Counted from the stretch's first letter, positions 50,839 to 61,363 are shown. The stretch is DNA of 64,000 nt from an uncultured delta proteobacterium (GCA_963840855.1 CAWJBB010000041.1:64001-128000), one strand, 5' to 3'. Numbers and translations are program-made. The notes: a model not told the origin generated them from the sequence alone.

Positions 50839-52710
50839 GTGAAGACAACAATCGCGACGCGATCGTCACAGAGGAAAAATCGGCGGTCCAATAAGTCCCG
50901 GGTCGACATGCCAGAGCTGCTCGGAAAACCGCGCATGGGGTGGGGCAGCGATGTCGTTGCCGAAGTCACTCGCCGGCTCGACCTCAAATATATCGCGCTG
51001 GTACCCGGCGCCAGCTATCGCGGCTTTCACGACAGCGTCGTCAACTATCTCGGCAACGAAAATCCGCAGATGGTCATCTGCCTGCATGAAGAACATGCGG
51101 TCTCGATCGCCGACGGCTATGGCAAGGTGACCGAGGAGCCGATGGCCGTGGCATTGCATGCCAACGTTGGGCTTATGCATGCGAGCATGCCGATCTTCAA
51201 CGCGTGGTGCGATCGCACGCCGATGATCATCTTCGGCGCCACCGGGCCGGTGGATGCGCATCGGCGCCGTCCTTGGATCGACTGGATCCACACGTCGAAG
51301 GATCAAGCGTCCATCGTTCGCGATTACACCAAATGGGACGATCAGCCGGCCTCGCCCCAGGCGGCGGTCGAATCGGTCCTAAGAGCCAACCAGATTACGC
51401 GGACGGCGCCCTGTGGACCGGTCTATATCTGTCTCGATGTCGGTCTTCAGGAATCGCCGCTCACAGAGCGGATATCGATTCCCGATCCGGCCCGTTTCGC
51501 CCCGGCGCCTTCTCCTGCGGCGCCACAGGCATCGGTGCTGCAGGCTTTGCAGGCCATCGATAGGGCGAAGTTTCCGCTGATCCTCATGGGTCGCGTCTCG
51601 CGCAAGCAAGCGGACTGGGATCGCCGCGTGCGCTTTGCCGAGGCCATCGGCGCCGCGGTGTTGACCAGCAGCAACGATCCGGCGGCTTTTCCAACGACCC
51701 ATCCGCTACACTTCGCCGCGCCGTGCTTGCGCCCGAGCAAGGCTGCGACGGCGTTGATCGAAAAAGCCGACCTCATCATCAGCCTCGATTGGCTGGATCT
51801 CGCCGGCATATTTCGTATGAGTCTCGGCGCCGCGCAAACGCAGAACCCCGCGGAAAAGACCATCATCCATTGTTCTGTCGATAACGTTCGCACCAACGGC
51901 TGGAGTATGGATCATCAGGCGCTTGCGGCGGTGGACACTCCTATCTTTGCCGAGCCTGATCAATTCGTCGCGCAGATGCTCGACCAGTTGGGCGCCAAAA
52001 AGACGGCCAAAACAAAAACCAGGCCGGAGATGAAGAACCTGGCGCATTGGAACGATGCGACTATTAGCAAGTCGTCGCCGACACGCGGGCAGCCGATGTC
52101 GTTATGGGACATGGCGATGACCGTGAGAGAATTTGCCAAGAAATACCCGGTGACTTTTGCTCGTTTGCCGATCGGCTGGCCCGGGGAAGCCTATGAGTTC
52201 GACGGACCGTTGTCGTTCATGGGAAATGACGGCGGCGGCGCCGTCGGCACCGGGCCGGGGCATACCATTGGCGCCGCGCTGGCGCTCAAGGACACGGACC
52301 GGCTAACCATCGGCGTCCTCGGGGACGGCGACTATCTCATGGGAGTGAGCGCGCTCTGGACGGCGTCTCACTTTGAGATTCCCGTGATGATCGTGGTCGC
52401 CGATAACCGCTCTTACTTCAACGACGAAATGCATCAGGAGCGCGTCGCCCAGATGCGCAGCCGGCCCGCGCAAAATCGCTGGATCGGTCAGCGTATCGAC
52501 GATCCCCGGGTGGATTTGGTCGCGATGGCGCGGGCTCAAGGTTTTGCCAGCGAAGAGCCGGTCTCGACGGTTGAGGCTTTGGCAAAAGCGCTCAAGAGAG
52601 GCGCGGAGATTGTCGCCGATGGCGGGCGCTATTTCATCGATTCGGTGGTGCAGCCGGGCTACGCCGATAGCGGCCCGGACCAGCGCGCGGGCGACGGCAA
52701 GAAAGGGTGA
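50839..52710 (+). CDS. thiamine pyrophosphate-binding enzyme
   Basis: PGAS, LHEEHAVSIADGY, GDGDYLM..DN. Confidence 0.9.
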   Translation: MKTTIATRSSQRKNRRSNKSRVDMPELLGKPRMGWGSDVVAEVTRRLDLKYIALVPGASYRGFHDSVVNYLGNENPQMVICLHEEHAVSIADGYGKVTEEPMAVALHANVGLMHASMPIFNAWCDRTPMIIFGATGPVDAHRRRPWIDWIHTSKDQASIVRDYTKWDDQPASPQAAVESVLRANQITRTAPCGPVYICLDVGLQESPLTERISIPDPARFAPAPSPAAPQASVLQALQAIDRAKFPLILMGRVSRKQADWDRRVRFAEAIGAAVLTSSNDPAAFPTTHPLHFAAPCLRPSKAATALIEKADLIISLDWLDLAGIFRMSLGAAQTQNPAEKTIIHCSVDNVRTNGWSMDHQALAAVDTPIFAEPDQFVAQMLDQLGAKKTAKTKTRPEMKNLAHWNDATISKSSPTRGQPMSLWDMAMTVREFAKKYPVTFARLPIGWPGEAYEFDGPLSFMGNDGGGAVGTGPGHTIGAALALKDTDRLTIGVLGDGDYLMGVSALWTASHFEIPVMIVVADNRSYFNDEMHQERVAQMRSRPAQNRWIGQRIDDPRVDLVAMARAQGFASEEPVSTVEALAKALKRGAEIVADGGRYFIDSVVQPGYADSGPDQRAGDGKKG

Positions 52711-52735
52711 GCGGGCGAGGGGTTAAACCGCGTGC

Positions 52736-53767
52736 TTACTTTCGGATAAACTGATTTGTGTAGACACTGGCGGCTGAGACCTTCCCGGCTACGTCAAAGA
52801 ACTCGTTTGTGATTTTCACGGTCTTTTCCATCACGTCAGGCTTCATGTAGCCATATCCGGACGCCATCGATTCTGCTGGAATGAAAACTTCCTCCACGCC
52901 GTTCTTAATTTGAACTCTCGTCAGTTCCTGGTCCAACTCAGGTTTGAGTTTCAATAAGACTCTCAGCGCCTCTTCCTGGTGGTCGCGAGCATACCTTAGA
53001 CCCTCCATCGTTCCCTCGACGTAGGCGCGAATCATTTCCGGACGGCGTTTTATATCCTCTTCCTTGACTATGAGAGCGCTGCCGTAAATATCGAGGCCGG
53101 CTTCCCGCATGTGGATGCGCTTTAATCGAATACCTTGTTTAGCGGCAGTCATCTCCGCCACTTCATCGTTGGAGGCACGGAACATAGTGATGAAGTCGGT
53201 TTTCTTAGCCAGCAATGCCGCCGGCTGCAGGGGCGGCGCGGTCTCTTCGATTTTGATGGACTTGAAGTTTAGATTGTTGATCCTGGCAAGGGCCGGCAGC
53301 AGAAACCATTGGGCCTGTCCTGGGCTGATCGCCCACGACTTCCCCTCGAGATCTTTGAGAGTCTTGATGTCGGTCTCCTCGCGCCAGAGAACCGTGACGG
53401 CTATGTAACCGAGCTGAGCAACCGTGACGATAGGCGTGCCCCGGGATCGGCCGACTATGGCCGTTGAAACATTGGCGAAGCCCACGTCAGCCCCGCCCGC
53501 AGCAATGGTGCGGATCGTATCGGCTGAACCTGTCCCAGGCTGAATGGTCACATTCAGTCCCCGCTTGGCGTAAAAGCCTTTCTCCGAGGCAACAAACCAA
53601 GGCGCATGATTTCCTCCGACAATGAAATCCAGCCGGATGGTAACCGGAGTCTCTTTGGCTTTCTCGGCGGCGCTCAGATCGGCGGGAAAAAAACTCAGGA
53701 TGCCAACGACGCCCAGCATAGTAAGCAGAGAGGCTGTCTTTAACCGCGTTAGACCAGTGAGTTTCAT
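52736..53767 (-). CDS. ABC substrate-binding protein NMT1/THI5
   Basis: HAPWFVASEKGFY, PGTGS, DIYG. Confidence 0.85.
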   Translation of the reverse strand: MKLTGLTRLKTASLLTMLGVVGILSFFPADLSAAEKAKETPVTIRLDFIVGGNHAPWFVASEKGFYAKRGLNVTIQPGTGSADTIRTIAAGGADVGFANVSTAIVGRSRGTPIVTVAQLGYIAVTVLWREETDIKTLKDLEGKSWAISPGQAQWFLLPALARINNLNFKSIKIEETAPPLQPAALLAKKTDFITMFRASNDEVAEMTAAKQGIRLKRIHMREAGLDIYGSALIVKEEDIKRRPEMIRAYVEGTMEGLRYARDHQEEALRVLLKLKPELDQELTRVQIKNGVEEVFIPAESMASGYGYMKPDVMEKTVKITNEFFDVAGKVSAASVYTNQFIRK

Positions 53768-53807
53768 GATTGTCTCCTTCCAGGTGTTTTTGCCGCGCTT
53801 GGCGCGC

Positions 53808-54449
53808 TTAGCCGGGCCCATAGATGATAATGCCCATCGGCGTGGCCTTGAATCCGTTGCACGGGTTGCGCTCCTGCGGGCAGTTAGACACTGCTACAAG
53901 CAGGTTCATTTCGGCCCTGAGATCATAGAAGTCACCGGCGCGGCTTGTCGGCTCTTTGATCTCCATTGACCCGTCGGGCTCGACTTCCACCCGCATGAAC
54001 GGAACAAAAGCATTGGGGATTTGTCGCTGGTTGTACCCGCGGGGAGCCAGCGCCATGGCGAAGTTGTCGCGGCAGTTGCGAGTACCGGGCACGCCGTAAC
54101 GGATGCGGTTCAGCTCCTCGCTGCACATGGGGCCGTAGGCGTAGCTTTCTTCGTTGGAGTAGCCGGCGATGGTCATCATCGGATTACAGGTGACCGAGTA
54201 AAGCACGTTGCCCTGGCGCAGCTCGCGGCGCTTGTTCAGGAGCAGACTGTTGCCCATGTTGAGGTGTTCCGTCAGATCGCCCTCGTTGAAGCAAACCAGA
54301 TCCGGTACCTGTTTGCCTTCGATGTCTACGAAGCGCAGGGTCTGCCCGCATTGAATGGTGAAAGCAGAATACTCCTTAGCCGGGATGATCCATTCTTGCA
54401 CGATCGTGCCCGGTACGGGATAAAGCCGCATCGCTTGGTCGTTCGCCAT
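53808..54449 (-). CDS. urea carboxylase-associated DUF1989 protein
   Basis: EGKQVPDL, NCRDNF, SNCPQERNPCNG. Confidence 0.88.
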   Translation of the reverse strand: MANDQAMRLYPVPGTIVQEWIIPAKEYSAFTIQCGQTLRFVDIEGKQVPDLVCFNEGDLTEHLNMGNSLLLNKRRELRQGNVLYSVTCNPMMTIAGYSNEESYAYGPMCSEELNRIRYGVPGTRNCRDNFAMALAPRGYNQRQIPNAFVPFMRVEVEPDGSMEIKEPTSRAGDFYDLRAEMNLLVAVSNCPQERNPCNGFKATPMGIIIYGPG

Positions 54450-54496
54450 TCTCCCCGCCTTTCTGTTATCTCGCGTGATCTCAAGCGCAGACAACT

Positions 54497-55561
54497 CTAT
54501 CGATTGGGCAGCGGATCGGCGCCGGAGAGCTTCTTGTACAGTTCTATGGTTTCTTTGTCGCGGGGAATCTCACGGATCGCGCCTTGATAATCTTCCGGAT
54601 TGATCGGGGAAGGTTCATCGCCGACGAGCTTGCGATAATCCTTTTCAAAATCAGGGTCCTCATAGGCCTTGCGAAATGCGGTTTGGAGTATTTGCACCCG
54701 GTCTCTGGGGGTCCCGGGACCGACGAAGTATGGCGATCCTGCGCCGCGCAGTATCCGGAACATAGCGATGAGTTTTCGCTCCTTTTCCGATCGAGCGAAT
54801 GTTTCCAGATCCGGAAGATGGGCAAATTGTGGAATTTTTTTTCCTTTCGGGACCTCGATGACAGCGTGGACATGCGCTGAGGCCTTCTCAAACAAGTCGG
54901 GTTGTCTTTTCAGAAGCGAAAGAGAAGACTCCGAGCGCGCGTCGATCTCACCCCGCGCCAGAGCGATGTCCTGTTCGGGTGATGAGTAACTGGCGATGAA
55001 CTTTGGATTCTTCAAGCCGAGGATATAGGCAAAAAAGCGCCCAGTGAGGTAAATCGGATGCCCGACTGCGTGGGAGCCAAGCCTGACGCCGTCGGCGGCG
55101 CGGAGCTTTTCCAAAGTGTCCCAACCGGCTTCGCGCCGGGTCAGAAAACTGTAATGAGTTTCGCTTTCCGAAGTGCCGAGAAAGGTGAACTTGTCCAGGT
55201 CATACAGGACGCCCGTTTCGCCCAGGATCGCGCTTGCCAGAATGCCGCCGGGCCCGCTGCCAAGGGTCAAACCATCGGATCGACCGTATACGTGATTGGC
55301 GGCTTTGCGCCCGCCGCCGCCTTCCATAAAATCGACCAAGATCGTTGGCTGTCCCGGAATGTGCTTCTTCAGATACGGGATCAACGCCCGCATTCGCGTC
55401 TCGCCAATTCCCCCCGGAGTGCTGCCGCGAGCTATAGTGATGGTCTTGCCCTGATAGAAGGGAGCCTGCCCGAAAGCTCTCCGGACCGGCGCCACCAAGA
55501 AAATTAGAATCAATAGCGCGACGACGTGCACCGAACGCGTCCATTCGATGTGGAGCTTCAT
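54497..55561 (-). CDS. TctC/Bug-like substrate-binding protein
   Basis: FYQGKTI, PGG, HIPGQP, DGLTL, RGEID. Confidence 0.85.
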   Translation of the reverse strand: MKLHIEWTRSVHVVALLILIFLVAPVRRAFGQAPFYQGKTITIARGSTPGGIGETRMRALIPYLKKHIPGQPTILVDFMEGGGGRKAANHVYGRSDGLTLGSGPGGILASAILGETGVLYDLDKFTFLGTSESETHYSFLTRREAGWDTLEKLRAADGVRLGSHAVGHPIYLTGRFFAYILGLKNPKFIASYSSPEQDIALARGEIDARSESSLSLLKRQPDLFEKASAHVHAVIEVPKGKKIPQFAHLPDLETFARSEKERKLIAMFRILRGAGSPYFVGPGTPRDRVQILQTAFRKAYEDPDFEKDYRKLVGDEPSPINPEDYQGAIREIPRDKETIELYKKLSGADPLPNR

Positions 55562-55799
55562 TGTTTACCTCAACTACCATGTGGGAAGCTGGCCCGAATA
55601 TATAGCGAAGGTTGGGCGCGGACAAGAAGAAAAACGCCACGGATCTTTGAACGCGACCGCCGTGATCTCTGGTCTACGAAGTCAGTTTTTACCAGGGTAT
55701 CGCGGTCAGTCCTTTACTGCGCGTCGGCGGGAAATAATCACTGTCCGCAAACCGAGACAAAATTGACATACTGGCTCCATAGCGGTTACTGTTTACAGA

Positions 55800-56264
55800 A
55801 TGAACCTGCCCCTTCCGGAGGCCGATGCCGCGACCGCTGCCGAGGTGCGCGATTGGCTCGACCGCTTCGCCGCCTGCGTGCGGGACGTGGACTATGCGGC
55901 GGCGCGGCCGTTCTGGCACCCCGAGATCGTCATCTTCGGCACCTACCAGGAACTGGTGCGGAACCTGTCGGCCTGGACGGAGCGCCAATGGGACAATGTA
56001 TGGCCGCGCACGGCGGAGTTCCGTTTTGATCTGGCGAACGCCATGGTCATGGCCTCGCCGGACGGCGCGATGGCAGTCGCGATCGCGCCTTGGACCAGCA
56101 CAGGTTTCCACGCGGACGGAACGTCCTTCGACCGCCCGGGCCGCGCCACCATCGTGCTGGCGAGGCAGCCGGATCGGAGCTGGCTAGGCGTACATTCGCA
56201 CATGTCGCTGGCGCGCGGCGTGCCGCAGGATAGCCATGGAAAACGGCCGGTGAAGGCGTGGTAG
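55800..56264 (+). CDS. SnoaL/NTF2-like protein
   Basis: GRATIVL...W..VHSHMS; higher GC than neighbours. Confidence 0.8.
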   Translation: MNLPLPEADAATAAEVRDWLDRFAACVRDVDYAAARPFWHPEIVIFGTYQELVRNLSAWTERQWDNVWPRTAEFRFDLANAMVMASPDGAMAVAIAPWTSTGFHADGTSFDRPGRATIVLARQPDRSWLGVHSHMSLARGVPQDSHGKRPVKAW

Positions 56265-56275
56265 GTGTGGGTGTT

Positions 56276-57391
56276 TCACTTCTTCTGGGTTTCTTCCAAC
56301 GCTTGACTAACAACTTTTTCCACCGGCTTCATATCCATCCACTCGGGATTCCACATGACGTGATATTTGACTCCTTCGCGCCGCCGCATCATCGGATGCA
56401 CGTCTGTCTTGGGGATGTCGGTCCTTAGCGAATCGGTTCGTCCGGCAAGCTCGGGGTCTCTTTGCACTGCCAATTGCCCATCTCGAGATAGCAACCAGTT
56501 GAGCAATACCTTGGCGGCATTGGGATGAGCCGGCTTATCCATCAGCGCGTACGCGCCGGCAATCGGGTCCAAGCCGGCGCCTTCCTTCCAGCCGGTGGTA
56601 TCAAGAACCTGCACAGGGAGTCCTTGTTGGCTCGCGGTCAAGGTGTCGTCCGACTGGCTGAAGAGAAACAGCGCATACTGCTTTTGCGCCAACCAATCCG
56701 TTGCTTGGCGGTAATCGCGCGATAATTTTAAGTCGGTCTCGCTTAACAGGCGGCGCAAGTACTGGGGCCCGAGCTCCGGATTATAAAAGAGGAAGCGCGA
56801 TCCATTACGGCCCTCTCCCGTGCGCGGATCCGTAGCGACGATTTTGCCCTTCCATCTGGGGTTGAGCAGATCCCAGAAAGACTTTAAATCGGCCGGATTT
56901 ACGAGATCCTTGTTGTAGCTGGCGAAACGTAAATAAGCGCTCGCGGCGGAGATAAAAAGATACCTGCCTTCGGGATCCGTATAGTGATGCTTACCTTGCC
57001 ACCATTTTGACGGGTCCTTGACTTCGGCAAGAATCAACGCCGGACTCACGGGCTGCAACGTTTTGGCTCGATGGAGCGAGTGCGCTGAAGTCAATCCGCA
57101 GCGCACCACATCGCCGAGATACTTCCCGGCCCGCCTTTCCGTCATGATGCGCGACACTATGTCACTGCAGGACGCCGAAACAACCACCGTTTTTATTTTA
57201 GGAAAGGCCTTGTGAAACTCTTCCAGAAATCGATGGCTGCCGCTGGCGGAATAGACCACCTGTCCTTCTTGCTCTGCGGCCTTGACGGTTTTTTCCCATT
57301 CGGCTTGCCCGGGCGCTTCCGCCGCCACCACCCTGCTCGGAGCGCTGAGCTGGCAGAGGAAAAAAACAACAGGGAAAACAATTTTAGCCAT
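56276..57391 (-). CDS. ABC substrate-binding protein
   Basis: WEKTVKAAEQEG, DLLNPRWKGKI, HPNAAKVLLNWLLS. Confidence 0.85.
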   Translation of the reverse strand: MAKIVFPVVFFLCQLSAPSRVVAAEAPGQAEWEKTVKAAEQEGQVVYSASGSHRFLEEFHKAFPKIKTVVVSASCSDIVSRIMTERRAGKYLGDVVRCGLTSAHSLHRAKTLQPVSPALILAEVKDPSKWWQGKHHYTDPEGRYLFISAASAYLRFASYNKDLVNPADLKSFWDLLNPRWKGKIVATDPRTGEGRNGSRFLFYNPELGPQYLRRLLSETDLKLSRDYRQATDWLAQKQYALFLFSQSDDTLTASQQGLPVQVLDTTGWKEGAGLDPIAGAYALMDKPAHPNAAKVLLNWLLSRDGQLAVQRDPELAGRTDSLRTDIPKTDVHPMMRRREGVKYHVMWNPEWMDMKPVEKVVSQALEETQKK

Positions 57392-57526
57392 GCTCTTTCC
57401 ATTCATCAGGGCTTTCCTCCTGTCCATTGCCAAAAATTCGCCGGCGATGTTGGAACCAAAGGGGAAAAGAGATTTAAGCACAAAGCGCAGAACGCGGCAA
57501 AGCCGCAACCAAAAGAATCGGAATAT

Positions 57527-57602
57527 CTCGCGCAAAGACGCAAAGGCGCAAAGGTAAAAACTAAAAGTTTCCGAACTTGGCGTCTTGGCGACTTGGCGCG
57601 AG
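57527..57602 (+). repeat. 8-nt periodic inverted tandem repeat
   Basis: CTCG(CGCAAAGn)x3 ... (CTTGGCGn)x3 CGAG. Confidence 0.8.
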
Positions 57603-57743
57603 TAAATCCCTGTCTTGGAGGTTACGGACAACGGAAAAATTTGCGCAACTAGATGCGAAGGAAGCGAAGAACAAACGCAAGAAGACTATCTTCGAGGTGA
57701 GACCATATTTTCTTGTCGATTCGCGTGCTATCTTGGAACGATT

Positions 57744-59036
57744 ATGAATGACAATCAGGCAGATGAATTCATCGCAAAGCCGGCGATGACGGGGGCGGCG
57801 GGTAAGAACGAGGCAAAACGCTTTAAGTTTGCAACATTTTCTTCCCTGAAACATAGAAACTTTCGATACCTTTGGAGCGGCACGTTGCTGATGGGCGCCG
57901 GCCAGTGGGTCCAGCAGGTAACCTTAGGATGGCTGCTCTATGATCTGACGGGCTCTTCGATCCTGCTCGGACTGCTCAACGGCGCGCGCTCGATACCCTT
58001 TCTGGTCGCGGGACCAATCGCAGGGGTTGTCGCAGACCGGGTGGACCGGCGCAATCTGCTGCTCCAGGCCGAGCAGTTCTTATTTGCAACCACCTTCGTC
58101 ATGGGGTGGTTAGCAGCGACGGGGTCTGTAGCGCCCTGGCATTTGTTCGTTTTTACCTTGGCGACTGGCATAGCATGGTCGTTTACGGATCCGGTGCGAC
58201 AGAGCCTGATTCCAAACGTCGTGCCCAAGGAAGACCTTATAAATGCCGTCGCGCTCAACTCCATAGCCAACAACGCGACTAAAGTCATGGGACCGGCTCT
58301 GGGTGGACTGCTTATCGCCATGTTCGGGGTGGCGGGAAACTTTTTCGTTCAATCCCTCGCTTATGCCGGCGTGCTGATCATGATCTACTGGATGGTGGTT
58401 CCACGGACACCAATCCAAGCGCGGCAGTCATCAATGTTCTCTAACATGAAAGAGGGGCTGGCGTACGTTTGGTCAAACTCATTGGTGTTGGCCCTGATCT
58501 TGATCGCGTTGGTGCCGCGCCTTTTAGCGGTGCCATATCAAACGTTGATGCCGATCTTCCAGAAGGACGTGCTCCGCGTCGGGCCTGCCGGCCTTGGCAT
58601 GTTGATGGCTGCTCCCGGAGTGGGCGGGTTGATCGCTTTGCTGACCTTGGCGACTATCGCCGGCGGGGTCAGACGACAAGGCATTTTGATGCTCACTTCA
58701 GTTATGTTGCTCGGTATCTTCCTGATGATATTTTCTCAAACCACATCCTTCCGTCTAGCGCTGGTGGCGCTCGTCGGTGTGGGCAGCTGCCAGGTTCTTT
58801 TTAATGCCACCGTCAATACCCTGCTGCATCTGACTATTCCCGATCGACTTCGAGGTAGGGTTATGAGCATCTACATGCTCGATCGTGGTTTGATGCCTGC
58901 CGGCGCGTTATTGGCCGGGGTCAGCGCCCATTTTATTGGCGCGCCGGCGACGACAGGGCTCATGGGGTTTGCCGTCTTTTTGCTGGCAATTTTTCTGGCG
59001 TGGCGCGTGCCCGTCATACGCCGGGTCGAAATATGA
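57744..59036 (+). CDS. MFS transporter (MFS_3/EntS-like)
   Basis: HRNFRYLW, GVVADRVDRR, NAVALNS, LRGRVMS. Confidence 0.9.
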   Translation: MNDNQADEFIAKPAMTGAAGKNEAKRFKFATFSSLKHRNFRYLWSGTLLMGAGQWVQQVTLGWLLYDLTGSSILLGLLNGARSIPFLVAGPIAGVVADRVDRRNLLLQAEQFLFATTFVMGWLAATGSVAPWHLFVFTLATGIAWSFTDPVRQSLIPNVVPKEDLINAVALNSIANNATKVMGPALGGLLIAMFGVAGNFFVQSLAYAGVLIMIYWMVVPRTPIQARQSSMFSNMKEGLAYVWSNSLVLALILIALVPRLLAVPYQTLMPIFQKDVLRVGPAGLGMLMAAPGVGGLIALLTLATIAGGVRRQGILMLTSVMLLGIFLMIFSQTTSFRLALVALVGVGSCQVLFNATVNTLLHLTIPDRLRGRVMSIYMLDRGLMPAGALLAGVSAHFIGAPATTGLMGFAVFLLAIFLAWRVPVIRRVEI

Positions 59037-59059
59037 CGTCGAGCACACTGCGTGTGCGC

Positions 59060-59101
59060 AGTTCAAAGTTCAAGGTTCAACGTGGGGATGGGTCTTTGAA
59101 C
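59060..59101 (+). repeat. 7-nt periodic GTTCAA repeat
   Basis: gttcaaa gttcaag gttcaac ... tttgaac. Confidence 0.7.
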
Positions 59102-59211
59102 ATTAAACCCCGCGGGTTTCACCCGCGGCCGGAAGTTGACATGACGCTTCGTTATGGATACGCTCCGGCCCAAAAAGAAACTTCCTATCTTTCAGACAAA
59201 GGAGTTCTCAT

Positions 59212-60285
59212 ATGAAAACCCGTTTGGCGGCGGCGCTCTTCTTCTTCCTAGGGTGTTGGTTCTCAATCTCCTACGCCAGAGCGGCTTCGGATGGCTATCA
59301 AATGGTCGGCAGCCATGGGGAAATCGTCGCCAAAGCCAAAAAAGAAGCTAAACTCAACGTGATTTCCTCTTTGGATGCCGGAACCTTCAAGCCGATGATG
59401 CAATCTTTTGCGAAGAAATACCCGTTCATCGAAGTGCGTATGCAGGAGATTGGCGGGCCCGAAGCGTTGCAGCGCTTCCTCCTTGAATTGAAAGCGGGCA
59501 CCGTCAAGGACTTTGACACCTCGGAAGCGAGTTCGGAATTCTTTCTCGAATTCGCCGCTCATGCGATGAAAATGGATATTCTAAACATGGCGCAAAAGGG
59601 GATCCTCGGACTCGATCCCAAAATGGTCGATCCCGAGTCCCGCGCCGTTGTAGCAGTGGCCAGCTCCATCTGCTCGATTGCTTATAATAAGAACCGGCTG
59701 GCGCCGAACGCGGTTCCCGACAAGTGGGAGGATTTTCTTAAACCCGAATTCAAGGGACGAAAATTTATCGCGGATATCCGGCCCCAGTGCATGGCGTCCA
59801 TGATGGCGGGAATGGGCGAGGAGTGGGTGATAAAATATGCTCGTCAGATAAAGGAACAACAGCCCGTCTGGCTGCGCGGCAATGCGCGGGCCATGGGTGC
59901 CCTCGCAAGTGGAGAACAGGCTCTTCACCAGATGACTTTCTATAACAGCTGTGTCGAAGCGGCTAAAAAGGACCCCACTCAATCGTTGGTGTGCAAGATC
60001 CTGGAGCCAACGCCGGTGTACTTGCGTGAGAACCAGTTTATTCTCAAGAACGCTCCACATCCACACACGGCGCTCCTGTTCATCGAGCATATGGGGAGCC
60101 GCGAAGGTCAAAAAGTGATCGACGATTTTGAGCCGATCAAATCCAGCATATACGCGGACGGAGAAGTGTCAAAGCTAACCAAAGGCAAGAAGCTCGCGGT
60201 CAACGACCACCGGACATTCCAGAATACGCCGAAATGGATGAATATGGTCGTGGACGCGTATGGCCTGCCGCGCGCGGAAAAGTAA
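59212..60285 (+). CDS. ABC substrate-binding protein
   Basis: Signal peptide, AKKEAKL, WEDFLKPEFKG, APHPH. Confidence 0.85.
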   Translation: MKTRLAAALFFFLGCWFSISYARAASDGYQMVGSHGEIVAKAKKEAKLNVISSLDAGTFKPMMQSFAKKYPFIEVRMQEIGGPEALQRFLLELKAGTVKDFDTSEASSEFFLEFAAHAMKMDILNMAQKGILGLDPKMVDPESRAVVAVASSICSIAYNKNRLAPNAVPDKWEDFLKPEFKGRKFIADIRPQCMASMMAGMGEEWVIKYARQIKEQQPVWLRGNARAMGALASGEQALHQMTFYNSCVEAAKKDPTQSLVCKILEPTPVYLRENQFILKNAPHPHTALLFIEHMGSREGQKVIDDFEPIKSSIYADGEVSKLTKGKKLAVNDHRTFQNTPKWMNMVVDAYGLPRAEK

Positions 60286-60342
60286 AAATGGGGGTCGGTA
60301 ACCGCCCATTCGCCTTAGCTCGTCCGTCAATACTCCGAGCAC

Positions 60343-61195
60343 TCAAGGGTGGCCGGCAGAAGGGCATGCCGAAGGGGCCAGCTCTTTAAGAAATTTCATG
60401 GTTTGTTCTCTGACGCTTGCCCTTGGCAGGAAATGGCCATGCTCCGGATAGAGCACAAGCTGGTGGCGGGTTCCCGCTGCCTTTAGTTGGTCGCGCAGCA
60501 AAAGGGACTGGTTGACAGGGATCAGCTTGTCCTGCTCGCCGTGCAAGATGAGGGTCGGCGTGCGCCAGCGCGATTCTGCGCCAAGAAAACTCACCAGTTT
60601 CGGATTGACGTCGCCGTTGGGGTTGAGCATCTTGCGCACCCAGAAGCTCGGCGTTTCGCGGTAAAGCCGCGCCAGGTCGTAGGCGCCGGCATAAAGCACC
60701 GCGCCGCTCACGTCTTTGACCTCGTTGATCATCGCCGCCGCGACGGTAGCGCCGCGCGAAACTCCATAAAACATCAGCCGCTGTTGATCGATCCAGGTGA
60801 TTTGCTTTGCGACCGAAAGACCGTCCTTCACGACCTGCCGGGTGGTCTCTTCGATTGAGCCGTCGGCAACTTGCGTCGAGCCGTAACCCGGAAGCGATAT
60901 GGCAACGCTGGCAAAGCAAAGCTCGTTGGCTAAAGCCTGGGCAGTCCCGAGAACCTGTTCAGCGCCCCTACCGGCTGAGGCTATGCCCATGCAATAGAAT
61001 CACCAACGGGAAAGGACCGGCACCGCGCGGTCGGGCGACGTAAGCCTCCACTTTTCCGCCGGCGCTGGGATAAAAGAAACGGGCCGTTTGCTCCCCTTGG
61101 AGGGTTGCCAGTTGCTTATACGGTACGACCCGAACCGCGTTACAGGCAAATAGAAATAACAAGCTGATGGCGACGAGTCCGGATTTTTTGACCAT
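60343..61195 (-). CDS. alpha/beta hydrolase (S9-like) lipoprotein, frameshift near 60975
   Basis: LFAC lipobox, GPFPLVILLHG, GVSRG nucleophile, LHGEQD, HGH. Confidence 0.8.
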
Positions 61196-61275
61196 GGCTG
61201 ATTCTAACGGCCTCGCGGAAAAAAACAATGCCGTCAAACTGCGCAGGTCCTTAAAACAGCCTGAGAAGAGTGTGG

Positions 61276-61354
61276 TTGAAAAATATATGCCTGTAAGTTT
61301 TAATGACCGTGTCCCGCGTAAATCACTCAATTTCATTATTGCGGAGGGGTGGGA
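61276..61354 (+). repeat. copy 1 of tRNA promoter plus tRNA-Ser 5' end (att-like)
   Basis: TTGAAA-N17-TTTAAT and ATTGCGGAGGGGTGGGA (61338-61354), repeated at 63305-63383. Confidence 0.75.
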
Positions 61355-61363
61355 AATTCTGAA

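Noticed and set aside
57392-57743. Long N-terminal extensions of the SBP and MFS ORFs
   Set aside because: They run through the 8-nt repeat and the divergent promoter region
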